The notes below the pieces were generated by a model. It saw only the letters and a program-made list of their open reading frames with translations. It searched no databases and was not told where the DNA came from. A stretch of 64,000 nucleotides of DNA from Verrucomicrobiales bacterium (GTDB taxonomy: Bacteria > Verrucomicrobiota > Verrucomicrobiia > Limisphaerales > J093): contig JABTUJ010000038.1 of the NCBI GenBank assembly GCA_015075445.1, forward strand, positions 11,149 to 75,148, read 5' to 3'. Within the stretch, counting starts at the first letter, position 1, and the number at the start of each line of letters is the position of its first letter. A program made the translations under genes and the position numbers. This document shows, in pieces, positions 30,156 to 40,824 of the stretch.

Positions 30156-32105
30156 ATGAAGACAATACCTATCCTCGCGGTGGTGGCCAGCGCTTGTCTG
30201 GGCAGCGCGCTGGCACAGACGCCGCTCTACACCGAAGAGCCGGTCGACCTGGTCAACGACTACCTCTCCCTCGGCGAGTGGAACAGTGCCGGGAACGCCG
30301 AGGGCTGGGGGCGAAACACCGGGGCCATCGCACCCTTTGTCGTCGCCAACGGAACGCTCGAGGTGGCCACCACCGGCGGCGATCCCTGGTTCTTCCGGTC
30401 CGGCTTCGCAAATGCCCTTGGGATCACCCCCGAGTTGACCGTGGTCGAAGTCCGCCTCCGCATGCTGGCCGGGTCCGGCGCCGGCTGGGAGATGTTCTGG
30501 GGCAGCACCGCAGCCGGCCAGGGCGGCTTCTCCGGCGGCCGGCGCATCGACGTCCCCCTGAGCGTGACGCCCGACGACCTGTTCCATGTACTCCACTTCG
30601 ACTTCACCGGCGTCTTTCCCGACGGGATTGCCCTCAACGATTTCCGGATCGATCCCGGCCAGGGCGCCGGCAACCGCTTTCAGGTCGATTACGTGCGGGT
30701 CGGCCGCGTGATGCCCGACACAGACGGCGATGGACTACCCGACGTCGCCGAGACAGGCACTGGCGTCTTCGTCAACCGGCGGGATACGGGTACCGACCCC
30801 GCGAAGGCCGACACCGACGGCGACAGTGTCCCGGACGGCCTGGAAGTCGAGTTGGGCACCGATCCGAACGACCCGGCCGACTTCCCGGTGCCGTCAATCG
30901 ACCGCTATGACGTGAACCCGGCAACCTACGTGGTCAATATCGACATCAAGCCCAACACCCCGACCGTCACCCCGCTGCCGACCACCGGTCCGGTCAAGAG
31001 CTTCGCGATCCAGCCCGCCCTCCCGTCGGGCCTGTCCCTCAATCCCACCACGGGAGTGATCGCCGGCACCCCGACCGCGGTGCGGGCCGCCACCGACTAC
31101 ACGGTGACCGCCACATTCCAGAACGACGCCACGGCGCAGATCGTGCTGAATCTCGAGGTCCGCAACCCCTACATCGCGTTCGATCCCGCCTTCGCCAGCC
31201 GCATCCTCAAGGTGAACCTGGATCTCGGCGGCGGGTTCGCTCCCGACCAGTTCGGTGTCGCCCCCACCACCTTCAGCATCAGCCCCGCGCTCCCGGAAGG
31301 GCTGATCTTCGACGAGCCGACGGGCATCATCTGGGGCACGCCGTTGTCCTACAGCCCGCCCAACACCTACACGGTGACGGCCCAATACACCGGCTATCCC
31401 AACTCGACAGCCGACGTCACCCTGTCCGTTCTCGAAGACCCCCTGGTGACCATCGACCCTGAACAAACCCTGCTCAGCTACCTGTCGTGGGGCGAGTTCG
31501 ACGACCCGGCCGACCTGGAAGGCTGGTTCCGCAACGGCATCGACGTGTTCACCGAGATCGTCGACGGCGCGCTGGTGGTCCGTAACATCGGCGGCGACCC
31601 CTTCTTCGGCAAGAACGGCACCCTCGCCACCGACTTCCGGATTCTCGAGATCCGGGCCAAGATCGTCGAGGGCGTCGAGACCGGCTTCCGTACCTACTGG
31701 TCCGAGAACGCCCCCAACCGCGGCTACAGCGAGGCCACCGCCTACTCGTTCAACGCCGTAGCCGATGGCGAGTATCACGTGTACCAAGTGGACTACCACC
31801 GGGCCACCCAAGGCTCCTTCAATGGCCTGCGCCTCGACCCGGGCAACGGCGCCGGGAACGTCATGCACGTCGATTACTGGCGGTTCGGCAGCTTCGACCC
31901 CTCGCTCGTTGTCACCCGGCAGACCGACGGGTCGCTGCGCCTCCGCTGGCCCTCAGCGGCGACGGGCTACGCCCTGCAGTCCAGCTTGACCGTCACCACC
32001 GGGTGGGCCAGCGACGGCAGCCCCGTAACCACCGAGGGAGATCAGCGCGTCGTCACGGTCCAGCCCACCGGGGCCGCCAAGTTCTTCCGCCTCGCGAAAC
32101 CGTAA
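30156..32105 (+). CDS. Secreted protein with TSP3-like Ca-binding repeats, putative Ig (He_PIG) domains and a verrucomicrobial C-terminal domain
   Basis: Signal MKTIPILAVVASACLGSALA; DTDGDGLPD; PALPSGLSLNPTTGVIAGTP x2; C-terminus LRWP..YALQSS..W..KFFRLAKP. Confidence 0.8.
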   Translation: MKTIPILAVVASACLGSALAQTPLYTEEPVDLVNDYLSLGEWNSAGNAEGWGRNTGAIAPFVVANGTLEVATTGGDPWFFRSGFANALGITPELTVVEVRLRMLAGSGAGWEMFWGSTAAGQGGFSGGRRIDVPLSVTPDDLFHVLHFDFTGVFPDGIALNDFRIDPGQGAGNRFQVDYVRVGRVMPDTDGDGLPDVAETGTGVFVNRRDTGTDPAKADTDGDSVPDGLEVELGTDPNDPADFPVPSIDRYDVNPATYVVNIDIKPNTPTVTPLPTTGPVKSFAIQPALPSGLSLNPTTGVIAGTPTAVRAATDYTVTATFQNDATAQIVLNLEVRNPYIAFDPAFASRILKVNLDLGGGFAPDQFGVAPTTFSISPALPEGLIFDEPTGIIWGTPLSYSPPNTYTVTAQYTGYPNSTADVTLSVLEDPLVTIDPEQTLLSYLSWGEFDDPADLEGWFRNGIDVFTEIVDGALVVRNIGGDPFFGKNGTLATDFRILEIRAKIVEGVETGFRTYWSENAPNRGYSEATAYSFNAVADGEYHVYQVDYHRATQGSFNGLRLDPGNGAGNVMHVDYWRFGSFDPSLVVTRQTDGSLRLRWPSAATGYALQSSLTVTTGWASDGSPVTTEGDQRVVTVQPTGAAKFFRLAKP

Positions 32106-32109
32106 GCCT

Positions 32110-32652
32110 TCAATCCTCAGCGTCGAGCGGCCGGAACTTGAACTTCTGGCCGCCGACGCTCGCCTCCGCCATCAGTCCCTTCTTGGCCTGCGTGAACACG
32201 AGCACGCCCTGCTCGTACTTCGCATTCCGCGAAGCCCCTTCCGCCGCCGCCACCGCGCTCAACTGGGCGCTCATCTCAAGCTTGCTCTCCTTGAATCGTT
32301 CCAGCGTCGCCGCGTCCTCGAAGAAGATCACCTCGGCAAATTCCTGACCCCCGACTTGGGCGCCCACGGTCACTTGCGTCAGCGAGGCCGTCCCGATCAG
32401 CTTGCCCTGTTCGTAGACCAGGCCGTTGCCGTGGGCGCCGCCCAGCACAAAACCCCCTTTGCCCACGTTGGGAAACACGGCGTAACCCGCGGCCTTCTCA
32501 AAGGTCGCTCTTAGCCCGCTATCCGCCTTCTGAAAGGCCTTGATCGCCGCGACCACATCGGCTTCCAGCTTCTTTCGGTCCGCCGCGTGGGTATCGGCAG
32601 CCGCCCAAGACGCCACCAGGATCGTGGCCAGCAGAAATCGCGAAGTTCTCAT
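32110..32652 (-). CDS. YSC84/SYLF lipid-binding domain protein, secreted
   Basis: GYAVFPNVGKGGFVLGGAHGNG, VGAQVGGQEF.EVIFF, KKGLMAEASVGGQKF. Confidence 0.85.
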   Translation of the reverse strand: MRTSRFLLATILVASWAAADTHAADRKKLEADVVAAIKAFQKADSGLRATFEKAAGYAVFPNVGKGGFVLGGAHGNGLVYEQGKLIGTASLTQVTVGAQVGGQEFAEVIFFEDAATLERFKESKLEMSAQLSAVAAAEGASRNAKYEQGVLVFTQAKKGLMAEASVGGQKFKFRPLDAED

Positions 32653-33058
32653 CGTCAGCATCTCATGGGTTGTACGAACTCCCACGAACATGAACCGGAA
32701 CCGGCGGAAGGCAACCCGCACCCGTCCGCTCCGTCCTTACGAAAAGCGCCGCTGGAAGTCGGCGCACTCAACGCGTTGCGCCGGCAGACGCTCACCAGAA
32801 GGTCGCGAAGCGTATGGGTCCCGCCAAAGCGCCGCCCAGCACCCCACCGCCGTCCGACGCTTTTTCTCGCCCCGAGCCATCGCCGTGATGATCTGGTCCC
32901 GTGCCTGACGGAGCCTTCACCTCCTGGCCGCGGCGGGCGGTGATGCCCCGTGCCGATGATCCATACTGCCCTGCCGGCAGTGCCCCCCGGCCCGGCCAGC
33001 AACGCGAGCTCCCTGGCACCCCCGGGTGGTCCCTATGCAATCCCCACGTCTCCGATCC

Positions 33059-34087
33059 ATGAACCTGTGGTGCGGGCGTCCCGCCTGCACGTCCGTAGTG
33101 GCCGCTCGCCAAGCGTCGCCGCAGCGGCCAAGCCGTCCTCCTCAGCACCGCCAGACTCTGCTCGGGCTGCGCCTGCTTCTTGCCAGCTTGCTGGGAATAG
33201 CCGCACCCGGCCTGCCGACCGCCCATGCCGCCGATGCCGCACCTTCCACGCCCACTCGCTCAGGCCATCGGTTCGCGTGTACCGATTACACCCAGGGCAA
33301 GGTCTTCATTGTCTCGGCAGAAGGGAAGGTCGAATGGGAATACGACGCCCCGAGCTGCAACGACCTGTGGGTGCTGCCCAGCGGGAACCTGCTGTTCAAC
33401 ACCGGCCATGGCGTCCGCGAAGTCACCCGCGACAAGCGCGTGGTCTTCGACTACCAATCCTCGAGCGAGATCTATGCCTGCCAGCGCCTGCCAGACGGCA
33501 ACACCTTCGTCGGCGAATGCAACGCCGGCCGACTCCTCCACGTGGATCCCTCGGCCCGCATCGTCAAGGAGATCCGCCTTCTGCCAGCGGGCAAGGATGG
33601 CGGACACGCTTACATGCGCAACGCTCGCTGGCTCGCCAACGGCCATTACCTCGTCTGCCATTATGGCGACCACGTCGTGCGGGAATACGACCCGGCCGGC
33701 CAAACCGTCCGCGATATCCCGGCGCGGGGCGGCCCGCACAGCGCCATCCGGCTGCCCAGCGGCCATACCCTCGTCGCGTGCGGCGATGGTCCCGGCGGCT
33801 CGCGGGTGTTCGAGGTGGACGCCGCGGGAACGCCCGTCTGGGAGGTCGCCCGCGACGAACTTCCCGGGATCTCGCTCAAGTTCATGGCCGGACTCCACCG
33901 TCTGTCCAACGGCCATACGGTGATGTCGAACTGGCTTGGCCACGGGCAGCTTGGCAAGGCGCCGCACCTCATCGAGGTGACCCCAGCCAAGGAGGTGGTG
34001 TGGACCTTCGCCGACCACCAGACCATGCGCACGATCTCAAGCGTCCAGGTGCTGGATGACACGCCTCTCGGCCCCCCGCTGCACTGA
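33059..34087 (+). CDS. Secreted beta-propeller repeat protein (PQQ-like), start uncertain
   Basis: Repeats of ..RLP.G[NH]T..V.E....G..VW. Confidence 0.65.
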   Translation: MNLWCGRPACTSVVAARQASPQRPSRPPQHRQTLLGLRLLLASLLGIAAPGLPTAHAADAAPSTPTRSGHRFACTDYTQGKVFIVSAEGKVEWEYDAPSCNDLWVLPSGNLLFNTGHGVREVTRDKRVVFDYQSSSEIYACQRLPDGNTFVGECNAGRLLHVDPSARIVKEIRLLPAGKDGGHAYMRNARWLANGHYLVCHYGDHVVREYDPAGQTVRDIPARGGPHSAIRLPSGHTLVACGDGPGGSRVFEVDAAGTPVWEVARDELPGISLKFMAGLHRLSNGHTVMSNWLGHGQLGKAPHLIEVTPAKEVVWTFADHQTMRTISSVQVLDDTPLGPPLH

Positions 34088-34141
34088 AGCCCAGCCCCGC
34101 TCTTCCCCCGACGCAGATACACGGCCCGGAATGGCCAGAGC

Positions 34142-34905
34142 ATGATCGAGGTTCACGGACTGACCAAACGCTACGGCCGCCTCGTCGCCGTCGACGAGCT
34201 GTCCTTCACCGTGCGGCCCGGCGAGGTGATGGGCCTCGTGGGCCCGAACGGAGCGGGCAAGACCACCACCCTGCGGTGTGTGGCGGGCATCCTCCCCCTC
34301 ACCCGTGGCGAGGTCCGGCTCGGCGGGCAAGACCTGACGGCCGAGCCGCTGGCCGCGAAACAGGAACTCGCGTACATCCCCGACGAACCTCGCTTGTTCG
34401 ACTACCTCAGCGTGCGACAGCACCTCAGCTTCACCGCCCGGCTGTATCACGTGCCCGATGCCGCCCCGAAGGCCCAGGCGTTGCTCGCCGAGTTCGAGTT
34501 GCTCGAGAAGGCCCGCCAGCTTCCCGGCCAGCTCTCCCGTGGCATGAAACAGAAGCTCGCCATCGCGTGTGGGCTCCTCCACCAGCCCAAGGTCATCCTG
34601 TTCGACGAGCCGCTCACCGGCCTTGACCCCCATGGCATCCGGCGCATGAAGGACACCATCCTGCGCCTCGCCCGCGAGGGCGCCGCCATCGTCATCAGCT
34701 CGCACCTCCTGCACCTGGTCGAGGAAATCTGCTCTCACCTGCTCATCCTCAAGCAGGGGCGCATGGTGACTCACGGCACGCTCGCGGAAGTGCGCCGGCG
34801 GTTCACCGAGACCTCCCGAAGCCAGCCTCGAAGGTGTTCTTCCGCACACCGGACGCACCACCCGGCCCCGCTCCCGACCCGACGGTCAGCTCCAAGCCGG
34901 ATTGA
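34142..34905 (+). CDS. ABC transporter ATP-binding protein (frameshift near 34815-34835)
   Basis: GPNGAGKTT, LSRGMKQK, LFDEP, SSH; the typical SLEEVF-type tail continues in another frame to TGA at 34903-34905. Confidence 0.85.
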
Positions 34906-34914
34906 TCCGCCCCC

Positions 34915-36693
34915 ATGGTCGCCGCCCTGGTTTACCTCCAGCTCTGTTCGTGGGCGAACCTGCTCCTCAGTCAGGTGCGGCGCCTCCGCCACCCGCAATA
35001 CCTGCTCGGGTTGCTGGCCGGAGTGGCCTACCTCGGGCTCGTTTTCTGGCGCCCCTTCACCACCCGCCACCCGGTGCCGGCCGGCGGCATCAACCAGGCC
35101 AACCCAGCCAGCTTCCTCGAAAGCGGCCTCGAAAGCGGCTCCGTCGAGCACCTCGCCGCCGCCGGCCTGTTCCTGCTCGCGGCGTTCACCTGGCTGCTGC
35201 CCTCCAAACGGGCCGCCCTCGACTTCTCAGAGGCCGAGATCGCCTGGCTGTTCCCGGCACCGTTGCCCCGGCGACTGCTCGTTCACTACCGCCTCCTCAA
35301 AACCCAGTTGGGACTCGTGTTCAGCGCGTTGGTCATGGCCCTGGTCACTTCCGCCGCATCCCAAGGACGCTTCGTGTGGGCCATGCTCCCCGGTTGGTGG
35401 ATCCTGATGAGCGCCCTCGAGATGCACCGCCTGGCCGCCGGCTTCACGCGGACACGACTCCTCGATCGCGGCCTGCCCAACTGGGCGCGCCGCCTCCTCG
35501 TGCTCGGCGTGCTCGCCGCGATGGGGTCGCTGATCTGGCGCAACCTCGCTCCGCACCTGGTCGGACTCGGAGCGACCGAGTCGCCCAGCCTGCCACAATG
35601 GACCGCTGCCATCGAAGACGCGCTGGGCAGCGGCATCATCGGCGCGATCCTGCTCCCGCTCCGCACCCTCGCGCGACCGCTCGTGCTCCTCCCGTCCGGC
35701 GCCGGCTTGATCACGTTGCTCCCCGCCCTGGGCGTCCTCGCGCTCCTCTATCTCTGGGCCCTGAAGAGCGCCGTCGGGTTCGAGGACGAGTCCCTGGACC
35801 GCGCCGCGCGCCGCACCCGCCTGGTCCAGGCCGCGCGCACCGGCAACTGGCACCTGGCGGCAGAGCAGCAAAGCGAAGGGCACGCGCCGTTCCCGTTACC
35901 CCCCCGGGGACTCCGCCTGCTGGCCTTGACCTGGAAGAACCTGATCTCCGCCCAGCTCCTCCTGACCTCCCCGTTCCTGATCGTGCTCGGAATCAGCCTC
36001 CTGGGCGGACTGCTCGCCTTCCGGTTCACGCTTCCCGAGGCGCCTTTCCTCAAGTTCTTCGCCGCGATCCTCGCTGGGATCCTCCCCATGGTGTTCATCC
36101 TGGGACCGGAATTGGCGCGCTTCGACCTGCGCCAGGACCTCTCGCAGGCGGACATCCTCAAGACTCTTCCCCTGCCCGGATGGCAAATCGTCCTCGGCGA
36201 ACTTCTGGCCCCCGCCCTCCTGCTCACTTTCCTCCAGTGGCTCATGATCGCGGCGGCAGTGATCGCCCTGCCCGCGATAGGCCACCGCGGCGAATGGTCG
36301 CTCGGCAGCCGCGTGAGCATCGCCACCGCGGCCCTGCTGCTCGCGCCCGCCCTCAACCTGACCCTCCTCCTCCTGCACAACGGCACCGCCCTGCTCTTCC
36401 CCGCATGGGTCCGCCCCATGGGGACCGCCGCAACCGCCAGGACCGCGGCTGGCATCGACGCCATGGGGCAACGGCTGCTTCTGATGCTGGTGCACATGGC
36501 GGGCTTGCTCGTCGCGCTCCTGGTGCCGTGCGCCCTCGGCGGCGCCGTGTTCTTGCTCACCCGCCTGGTGTTCGCGTGGACCCTCGCCCTCCCGCTGGCC
36601 GCCCTCGTCGCCGCGCTCGCCCTGGGAGGTCAGGGCGCGCTCGGGCTAAAGCTGCTCGGCGACCGGTTTGAGCGGATGGACATCACCGACTGA
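34915..36693 (+). CDS. Putative ABC exporter permease
   Basis: Many TM segments; FSEAEIAWLFPAP and RFDLRQDL..LKTLPL motifs; follows the ATPase gene. Confidence 0.75.
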   Translation: MVAALVYLQLCSWANLLLSQVRRLRHPQYLLGLLAGVAYLGLVFWRPFTTRHPVPAGGINQANPASFLESGLESGSVEHLAAAGLFLLAAFTWLLPSKRAALDFSEAEIAWLFPAPLPRRLLVHYRLLKTQLGLVFSALVMALVTSAASQGRFVWAMLPGWWILMSALEMHRLAAGFTRTRLLDRGLPNWARRLLVLGVLAAMGSLIWRNLAPHLVGLGATESPSLPQWTAAIEDALGSGIIGAILLPLRTLARPLVLLPSGAGLITLLPALGVLALLYLWALKSAVGFEDESLDRAARRTRLVQAARTGNWHLAAEQQSEGHAPFPLPPRGLRLLALTWKNLISAQLLLTSPFLIVLGISLLGGLLAFRFTLPEAPFLKFFAAILAGILPMVFILGPELARFDLRQDLSQADILKTLPLPGWQIVLGELLAPALLLTFLQWLMIAAAVIALPAIGHRGEWSLGSRVSIATAALLLAPALNLTLLLLHNGTALLFPAWVRPMGTAATARTAAGIDAMGQRLLLMLVHMAGLLVALLVPCALGGAVFLLTRLVFAWTLALPLAALVAALALGGQGALGLKLLGDRFERMDITD

Positions 36694-38421
36694 GCCCCGG
36701 CGCCGGGCCAGGAACGTCCGAAGAAACAGCATGAGGACACCGACCGAGAGGATGATCAGCAGGATGTCCGTCACCAGCAGCGGGTAGTTCCGCTGCGCGA
36801 TGTAGGTCTTCAACAGCACGAGCAGCGAGGCGGTCGTCGTGAGGACCATGAAGCCCCCGGGAATCAGCACGAACAGCGTCGGCTTCCCGCGACACAGCAG
36901 CCACGCCGCGATCGTGAGCAGGCCGAGCGCCGCCAGGAGTTGATTGGCCGTGGCGAAGATCGGCCACAGCCGGTTGAAGGCGTTGGAGTAGGCCAGCACC
37001 CACATGAGCGCCACCGCCAGCGCGGCATTGAACCAGTGGTGCTTGAGGAGCGCCGGCGGCTGCCGGAACAGCACGGACCAGAGCTCCTCCAGCAGATAGC
37101 GGTTCAGCCGGATCGCCGCGTCAAGCGTCGTCACCACAAACCCCTCCACCAGCAGAATCCCAAAGACCGTGCCCAGCGCCACCGGAATCCCCAAGCCCTG
37201 GTGAAACAGATGGCCGGCCGCGAGCGAAAAACCGAGGATGGGATTCGACTTCACCGCCGGGTCGGTCGGCCAGACGATCGCCTTGTAGTCCTCGAAGTTC
37301 AGCGCCGCGCCAATCGCCACCAACACCAGCATCGCCAGGAGCGACTCGAGCAGCATCGCGTTGTAGCCCACCTTGCGGGCGTCGGTCTCCAGCGGGAGCT
37401 GCTTGCCCGTCGTCCCGCCCGCCACAAGGGAGTGGAAGCCTGAAATCGCGCCGCAAGCAATGGTGATGAACATCATCGGCCAGATGAACCCAAGGTTCCG
37501 GGTCCCCTCCGCCACGTTGAACTCCGGCGCCGTCAGCCTCAGCCCGCCCGCCCCCGTCACCAGCACGGATAATGCCATCAACGCCATGCCGCCGTACAGG
37601 ATCTGGACGTTGATGAAATCCCGCGGCTGCAGGATGAACCAGACCGGCGTCCCGGCGGCAAACAGCACATAGACCGACACGATGATCATCCACGTCTCGG
37701 GCGCCAGCGTCACCGGCCACCAGATGCCCACGATCACCGAGACCACACAGATCGCCGTCGCCAGCCCATACGCCGCGATCGCCGGGATCCCGCGCTTGTA
37801 CATCAGCCAGCCCAGAAAGGGTGACGCCAGGGTGATGATGATGACCGAGGTCGACGCGATCCCCCCGATCTGCCCCATCGCCACCCCGTCCTTCATCACC
37901 GTCTTCAGGAACGTCTCGCCCTCGACCACCCCGATCTTCGCCAGCGGCCACATCGAGGTCAGGGAAATGGCCGTGGCGCTCAGGAACGCGGCGCTCACCA
38001 GAATCAGCATCAGAATCGTGAAGCCCAGGAACAGGTTGAAACCCCAGGTGCCCAGCGTCCTCCGCGCCACCTCCGCCATCGACCGCCCGCCTTCGCGCAT
38101 GCAGATGAACAGGGCCGTGAAATCATGCACCGCCCCGATGAAGATCCCGCCAATGAGGATCCACAGCCACGCCGGTACGTAGCCGTAGAGCACCGCCAGC
38201 GTCGGACCCAGGATCGGACCCGCCCCCGCGATCGCCGAGAAGTGATGCGCAAAAACCACATACCGCTTCGTCGGCACAAAGTCCCGCCCGTCATTGAACC
38301 GGACCGCGGGGGTGGGATGGGCACCGTCTTCGCCCAGAATCCGGGCGATCCGGCGGGAGTAGAAGCGACTCGCGAGCCAGAACAGGACGCCCGCCACGAC
38401 GAGAAGGACCAGGACGTTCAT
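36646..38421 (-). CDS. cstA: Carbon starvation protein A family peptide/pyruvate transporter
   Basis: [52 protein letters not shown]. Confidence 0.92.
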   Translation of the reverse strand: MNVLVLLVVAGVLFWLASRFYSRRIARILGEDGAHPTPAVRFNDGRDFVPTKRYVVFAHHFSAIAGAGPILGPTLAVLYGYVPAWLWILIGGIFIGAVHDFTALFICMREGGRSMAEVARRTLGTWGFNLFLGFTILMLILVSAAFLSATAISLTSMWPLAKIGVVEGETFLKTVMKDGVAMGQIGGIASTSVIIITLASPFLGWLMYKRGIPAIAAYGLATAICVVSVIVGIWWPVTLAPETWMIIVSVYVLFAAGTPVWFILQPRDFINVQILYGGMALMALSVLVTGAGGLRLTAPEFNVAEGTRNLGFIWPMMFITIACGAISGFHSLVAGGTTGKQLPLETDARKVGYNAMLLESLLAMLVLVAIGAALNFEDYKAIVWPTDPAVKSNPILGFSLAAGHLFHQGLGIPVALGTVFGILLVEGFVVTTLDAAIRLNRYLLEELWSVLFRQPPALLKHHWFNAALAVALMWVLAYSNAFNRLWPIFATANQLLAALGLLTIAAWLLCRGKPTLFVLIPGGFMVLTTTASLLVLLKTYIAQRNYPLLVTDILLIILSVGVLMLFLRTFLARRRGSVGDVHPLKPVAEQL

Positions 38422-38430
38422 GGCTGGCGC

Positions 38431-38565
38431 TCAGCCTAGCAGCTCCGCCACCCAACGCGCAATCGCTGCCTTCGAAGCCGGCGCCGTCAACTGCCCCAAC
38501 GGCTGGCCCGCCTGGAACAGCAGCAGCGTCGGCACGGACATCACTCGCGAGCTGATGAGTTTCAT
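38431..38565 (-). pseudogene. Thioredoxin C-terminal fragment (44 aa, no CxxC)
   Basis: [32 protein letters not shown] resembles the Trx cis-Pro/beta4/helix region. Confidence 0.5.
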
Positions 38566-38695
38566 GGCCCGTCGAGCATGGAGAGTCCGGTGGGTCGCCG
38601 CAAGCCCTCCGCCTCGGCGCACCGCACTGGACCGGGGGAGGCGTCCGTCGGGTCCCGACTTGAACCCGCAGCCCAACGGGACCAGACTGCAGGCG

Positions 38696-39526
38696 ATGAG
38701 CACGAAGACACCAACCGCCCCGTGTCGCCCGCCCCACGGTTTCACCCTGATCGAACTCCTCGTCGTCATCGCCATCATCGCCATCCTGGCCGGCATGCTG
38801 CTGCCGGCCCTGGGCCGCGCCAAGGCCAAGGCGCACGGCATCGGCTGCATGAACAACCTCCGCCAGCTCCAGGTCGCCTGGTTCATGTACGCCCAGGACC
38901 ACCAGGACCTGCTGCCAGGCGTCAGCGGTGGGTCCTTTGCCGGCCCGACCACCTGGGTCTCCGGCTGGCTCGACTTCAGCAATGGCAACACCGACAACAC
39001 CAACACGCTTTACCTCACGGACGCTCGCTTCTCGCAGATTGGCCCCTATGCCCAGAGCGCGAATGTCTATCGCTGTCCGGCCGACCGGAGCATGGCGACG
39101 TTCGGCACCAAATCCCTCCCCCGTGTCCGGTCCATGTCGATGAACTGCTGGATGAACTACCTCTTCAACGTCGACATCGGCCAGGATACTTACGTGATCT
39201 ACCGCAAGTACGGCGACATCGTCGATCCGGGTCCCTCGATGATCTGGGTCCTCATCGACGAGCGCGAGGACAGCATCAACGACGGCTTGTTCCAGACCAA
39301 TTTGAAGAGCCGCGGGGCCGCTGCGCGGATCGTCGATTATCCCGCCAGCTACCACGGCGGTGCGGCGGGCATCCTGTTCGCGGACGGCCATGCCGAGATC
39401 AAGAAGTGGCGGGACCCGCGCACGACCCCGCCCGTGAAGAAAGGCCAACCGATCTCCCTCGACGTGCTCTCCGCCAACAACCCCGACGTTGCCTGGCTCC
39501 AGGAACGCTCGAGCCGCCGGAAATAG
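38696..39526 (+). CDS. Prepilin-type N-methylation / H-X9-DG domain protein
   Basis: [25 protein letters not shown]; [17 protein letters not shown]. Confidence 0.9.
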   Translation: MSTKTPTAPCRPPHGFTLIELLVVIAIIAILAGMLLPALGRAKAKAHGIGCMNNLRQLQVAWFMYAQDHQDLLPGVSGGSFAGPTTWVSGWLDFSNGNTDNTNTLYLTDARFSQIGPYAQSANVYRCPADRSMATFGTKSLPRVRSMSMNCWMNYLFNVDIGQDTYVIYRKYGDIVDPGPSMIWVLIDEREDSINDGLFQTNLKSRGAAARIVDYPASYHGGAAGILFADGHAEIKKWRDPRTTPPVKKGQPISLDVLSANNPDVAWLQERSSRRK

Positions 39527-39543
39527 ACACCTCCCCTGCCCGG

Positions 39544-39568
39544 TGGGGTCGCATCTTAACATTTAACA
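39544..39568 (+). repeat. Solo copy of the 25-bp TGGGGTCGCATCTTAACATTTAACA terminal repeat
   Basis: Identical to ends of the 116-bp elements at 40636 and 43247. Confidence 0.9.
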
Positions 39569-39690
39569 ATTGAGGGACCACCACGGGATCCGGCCGACGG
39601 ACCGAGGGCTCCCCCACCCGCCGAAAGCGCAGCGCCGCGTGGCTTCCCCCGCGACGACGGTTCCCCCGGCCGCACCTGGCCGAGACCCCT

Positions 39691-40497
39691 TCAATTTGCC
39701 TTGCGGGTCGAACGTTCCATCAGCCAGAACATGTCCTTGTTGTTGGCCGAGGCGACGTTCAGCGACAAGCCCTTGGTCAGCGGCGGCACGGTGCGGGGGT
39801 CCTGCCATTTCTTGATCTCGGCATGGCCGTCCGCGAACGACAGGCCGCCCGCGCGGCCATGGTAGCTGGCCGGGTAATCCACGATCTTCCACTGCAAAGG
39901 TAGGTCCGGATACCCCCACATCCCGACCACCATCTCGCCGTCGTTGATGCTGTCCTCGCGTTCGTCGAGGAACACCCACGTGAGCGTCGGCCCCGGATCG
40001 AGCAGATCGCTCATCTTCTTGTAGATCCGGAACCCGGCCGGGCCGAACCCCGCCACGTCCGTGCTGTCGAACCAGGCGTTCATGGCGATGCTGCGGACGC
40101 GCGGATACACGACCCCGTTGGCCTTGACCGTGCTCTTGTCGCCCGGGCATTTCCAGATCCCCGCCGCCTGGCCGCAGTAGGGCCAAAGGAGGCTCTTGGT
40201 GAGGTTCCGGTTGATGTCCCAGTTCTCGGGCTTCGACGTGAAGTCCAGGTCGCCATCGACCCATTCGTTCGGGCCATAGGACTGGGGCACCTTGTCCAGG
40301 TGATCATCCACGTACAGGCGCCAGGCCAGCATCATCTGCCGGCCGTTGCCCAGGCACGCGATGCCGTGAGCCTTGGCCTTGGCGCGACCCAGCGCCGGCA
40401 GCAGCATGCCGGCCAGGATGGCAATGATCGCGATGACCACGAGCAACTCGATGAGGGTGAAGCCGGTCAACCGGGGAAGCGGCGGGTTGGTTTTCAT
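39691..40497 (-). CDS. Prepilin-type N-methylation / H-X9-DG domain protein
   Basis: [18 protein letters not shown]; [17 protein letters not shown]. Confidence 0.9.
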   Translation of the reverse strand: MKTNPPLPRLTGFTLIELLVVIAIIAILAGMLLPALGRAKAKAHGIACLGNGRQMMLAWRLYVDDHLDKVPQSYGPNEWVDGDLDFTSKPENWDINRNLTKSLLWPYCGQAAGIWKCPGDKSTVKANGVVYPRVRSIAMNAWFDSTDVAGFGPAGFRIYKKMSDLLDPGPTLTWVFLDEREDSINDGEMVVGMWGYPDLPLQWKIVDYPASYHGRAGGLSFADGHAEIKKWQDPRTVPPLTKGLSLNVASANNKDMFWLMERSTRKAN

Positions 40498-40635
40498 AGG
40501 CGATGGCCCACGGAACAACGCCGCCACGCTACGCGACCCGTCGCCCCCGCGCAAGCGCCGCAACCGGCGCCGCAACCCAGCGAACCAGCACCGGCGGCCC
40601 CCCAGCCGCCCGTTTCCCGCCCGTTTCTCCCCACT

Positions 40636-40751
40636 TGGGGTCGCATCTTAACATTTAACATTCGGGCCTTCCGACCGGAAGGTCGCTGCCGCTCCGGACG
40701 CGCAACCGGGCTGTCCGGTGGCCAATTGTTAAATGTTAAGATGCGACCCCA
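40636..40751. mobile_element. 116-bp MITE/REPIN-like element with perfect 25-bp terminal IRs
   Basis: TGGGGTCGCATCTTAACATTTAACA (40636-40660) and its inverse (40727-40751). Confidence 0.8.
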
Positions 40752-40824
40752 AATAGGAAGTCGAGCGGGGCCGGCGGTTATGGGGCAGACACCGGCTCGC
40801 ACGGCTGCTTGACTGGTGCGCGTT

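Noticed and set aside
33014-33024. TGGCACCCCCG matching the tRNA-Arg 3' end as an att duplicate defining a 10-kb island
   Set aside because: Only 11 bp in GC-rich DNA; no integrase; the intervening genes look ordinary
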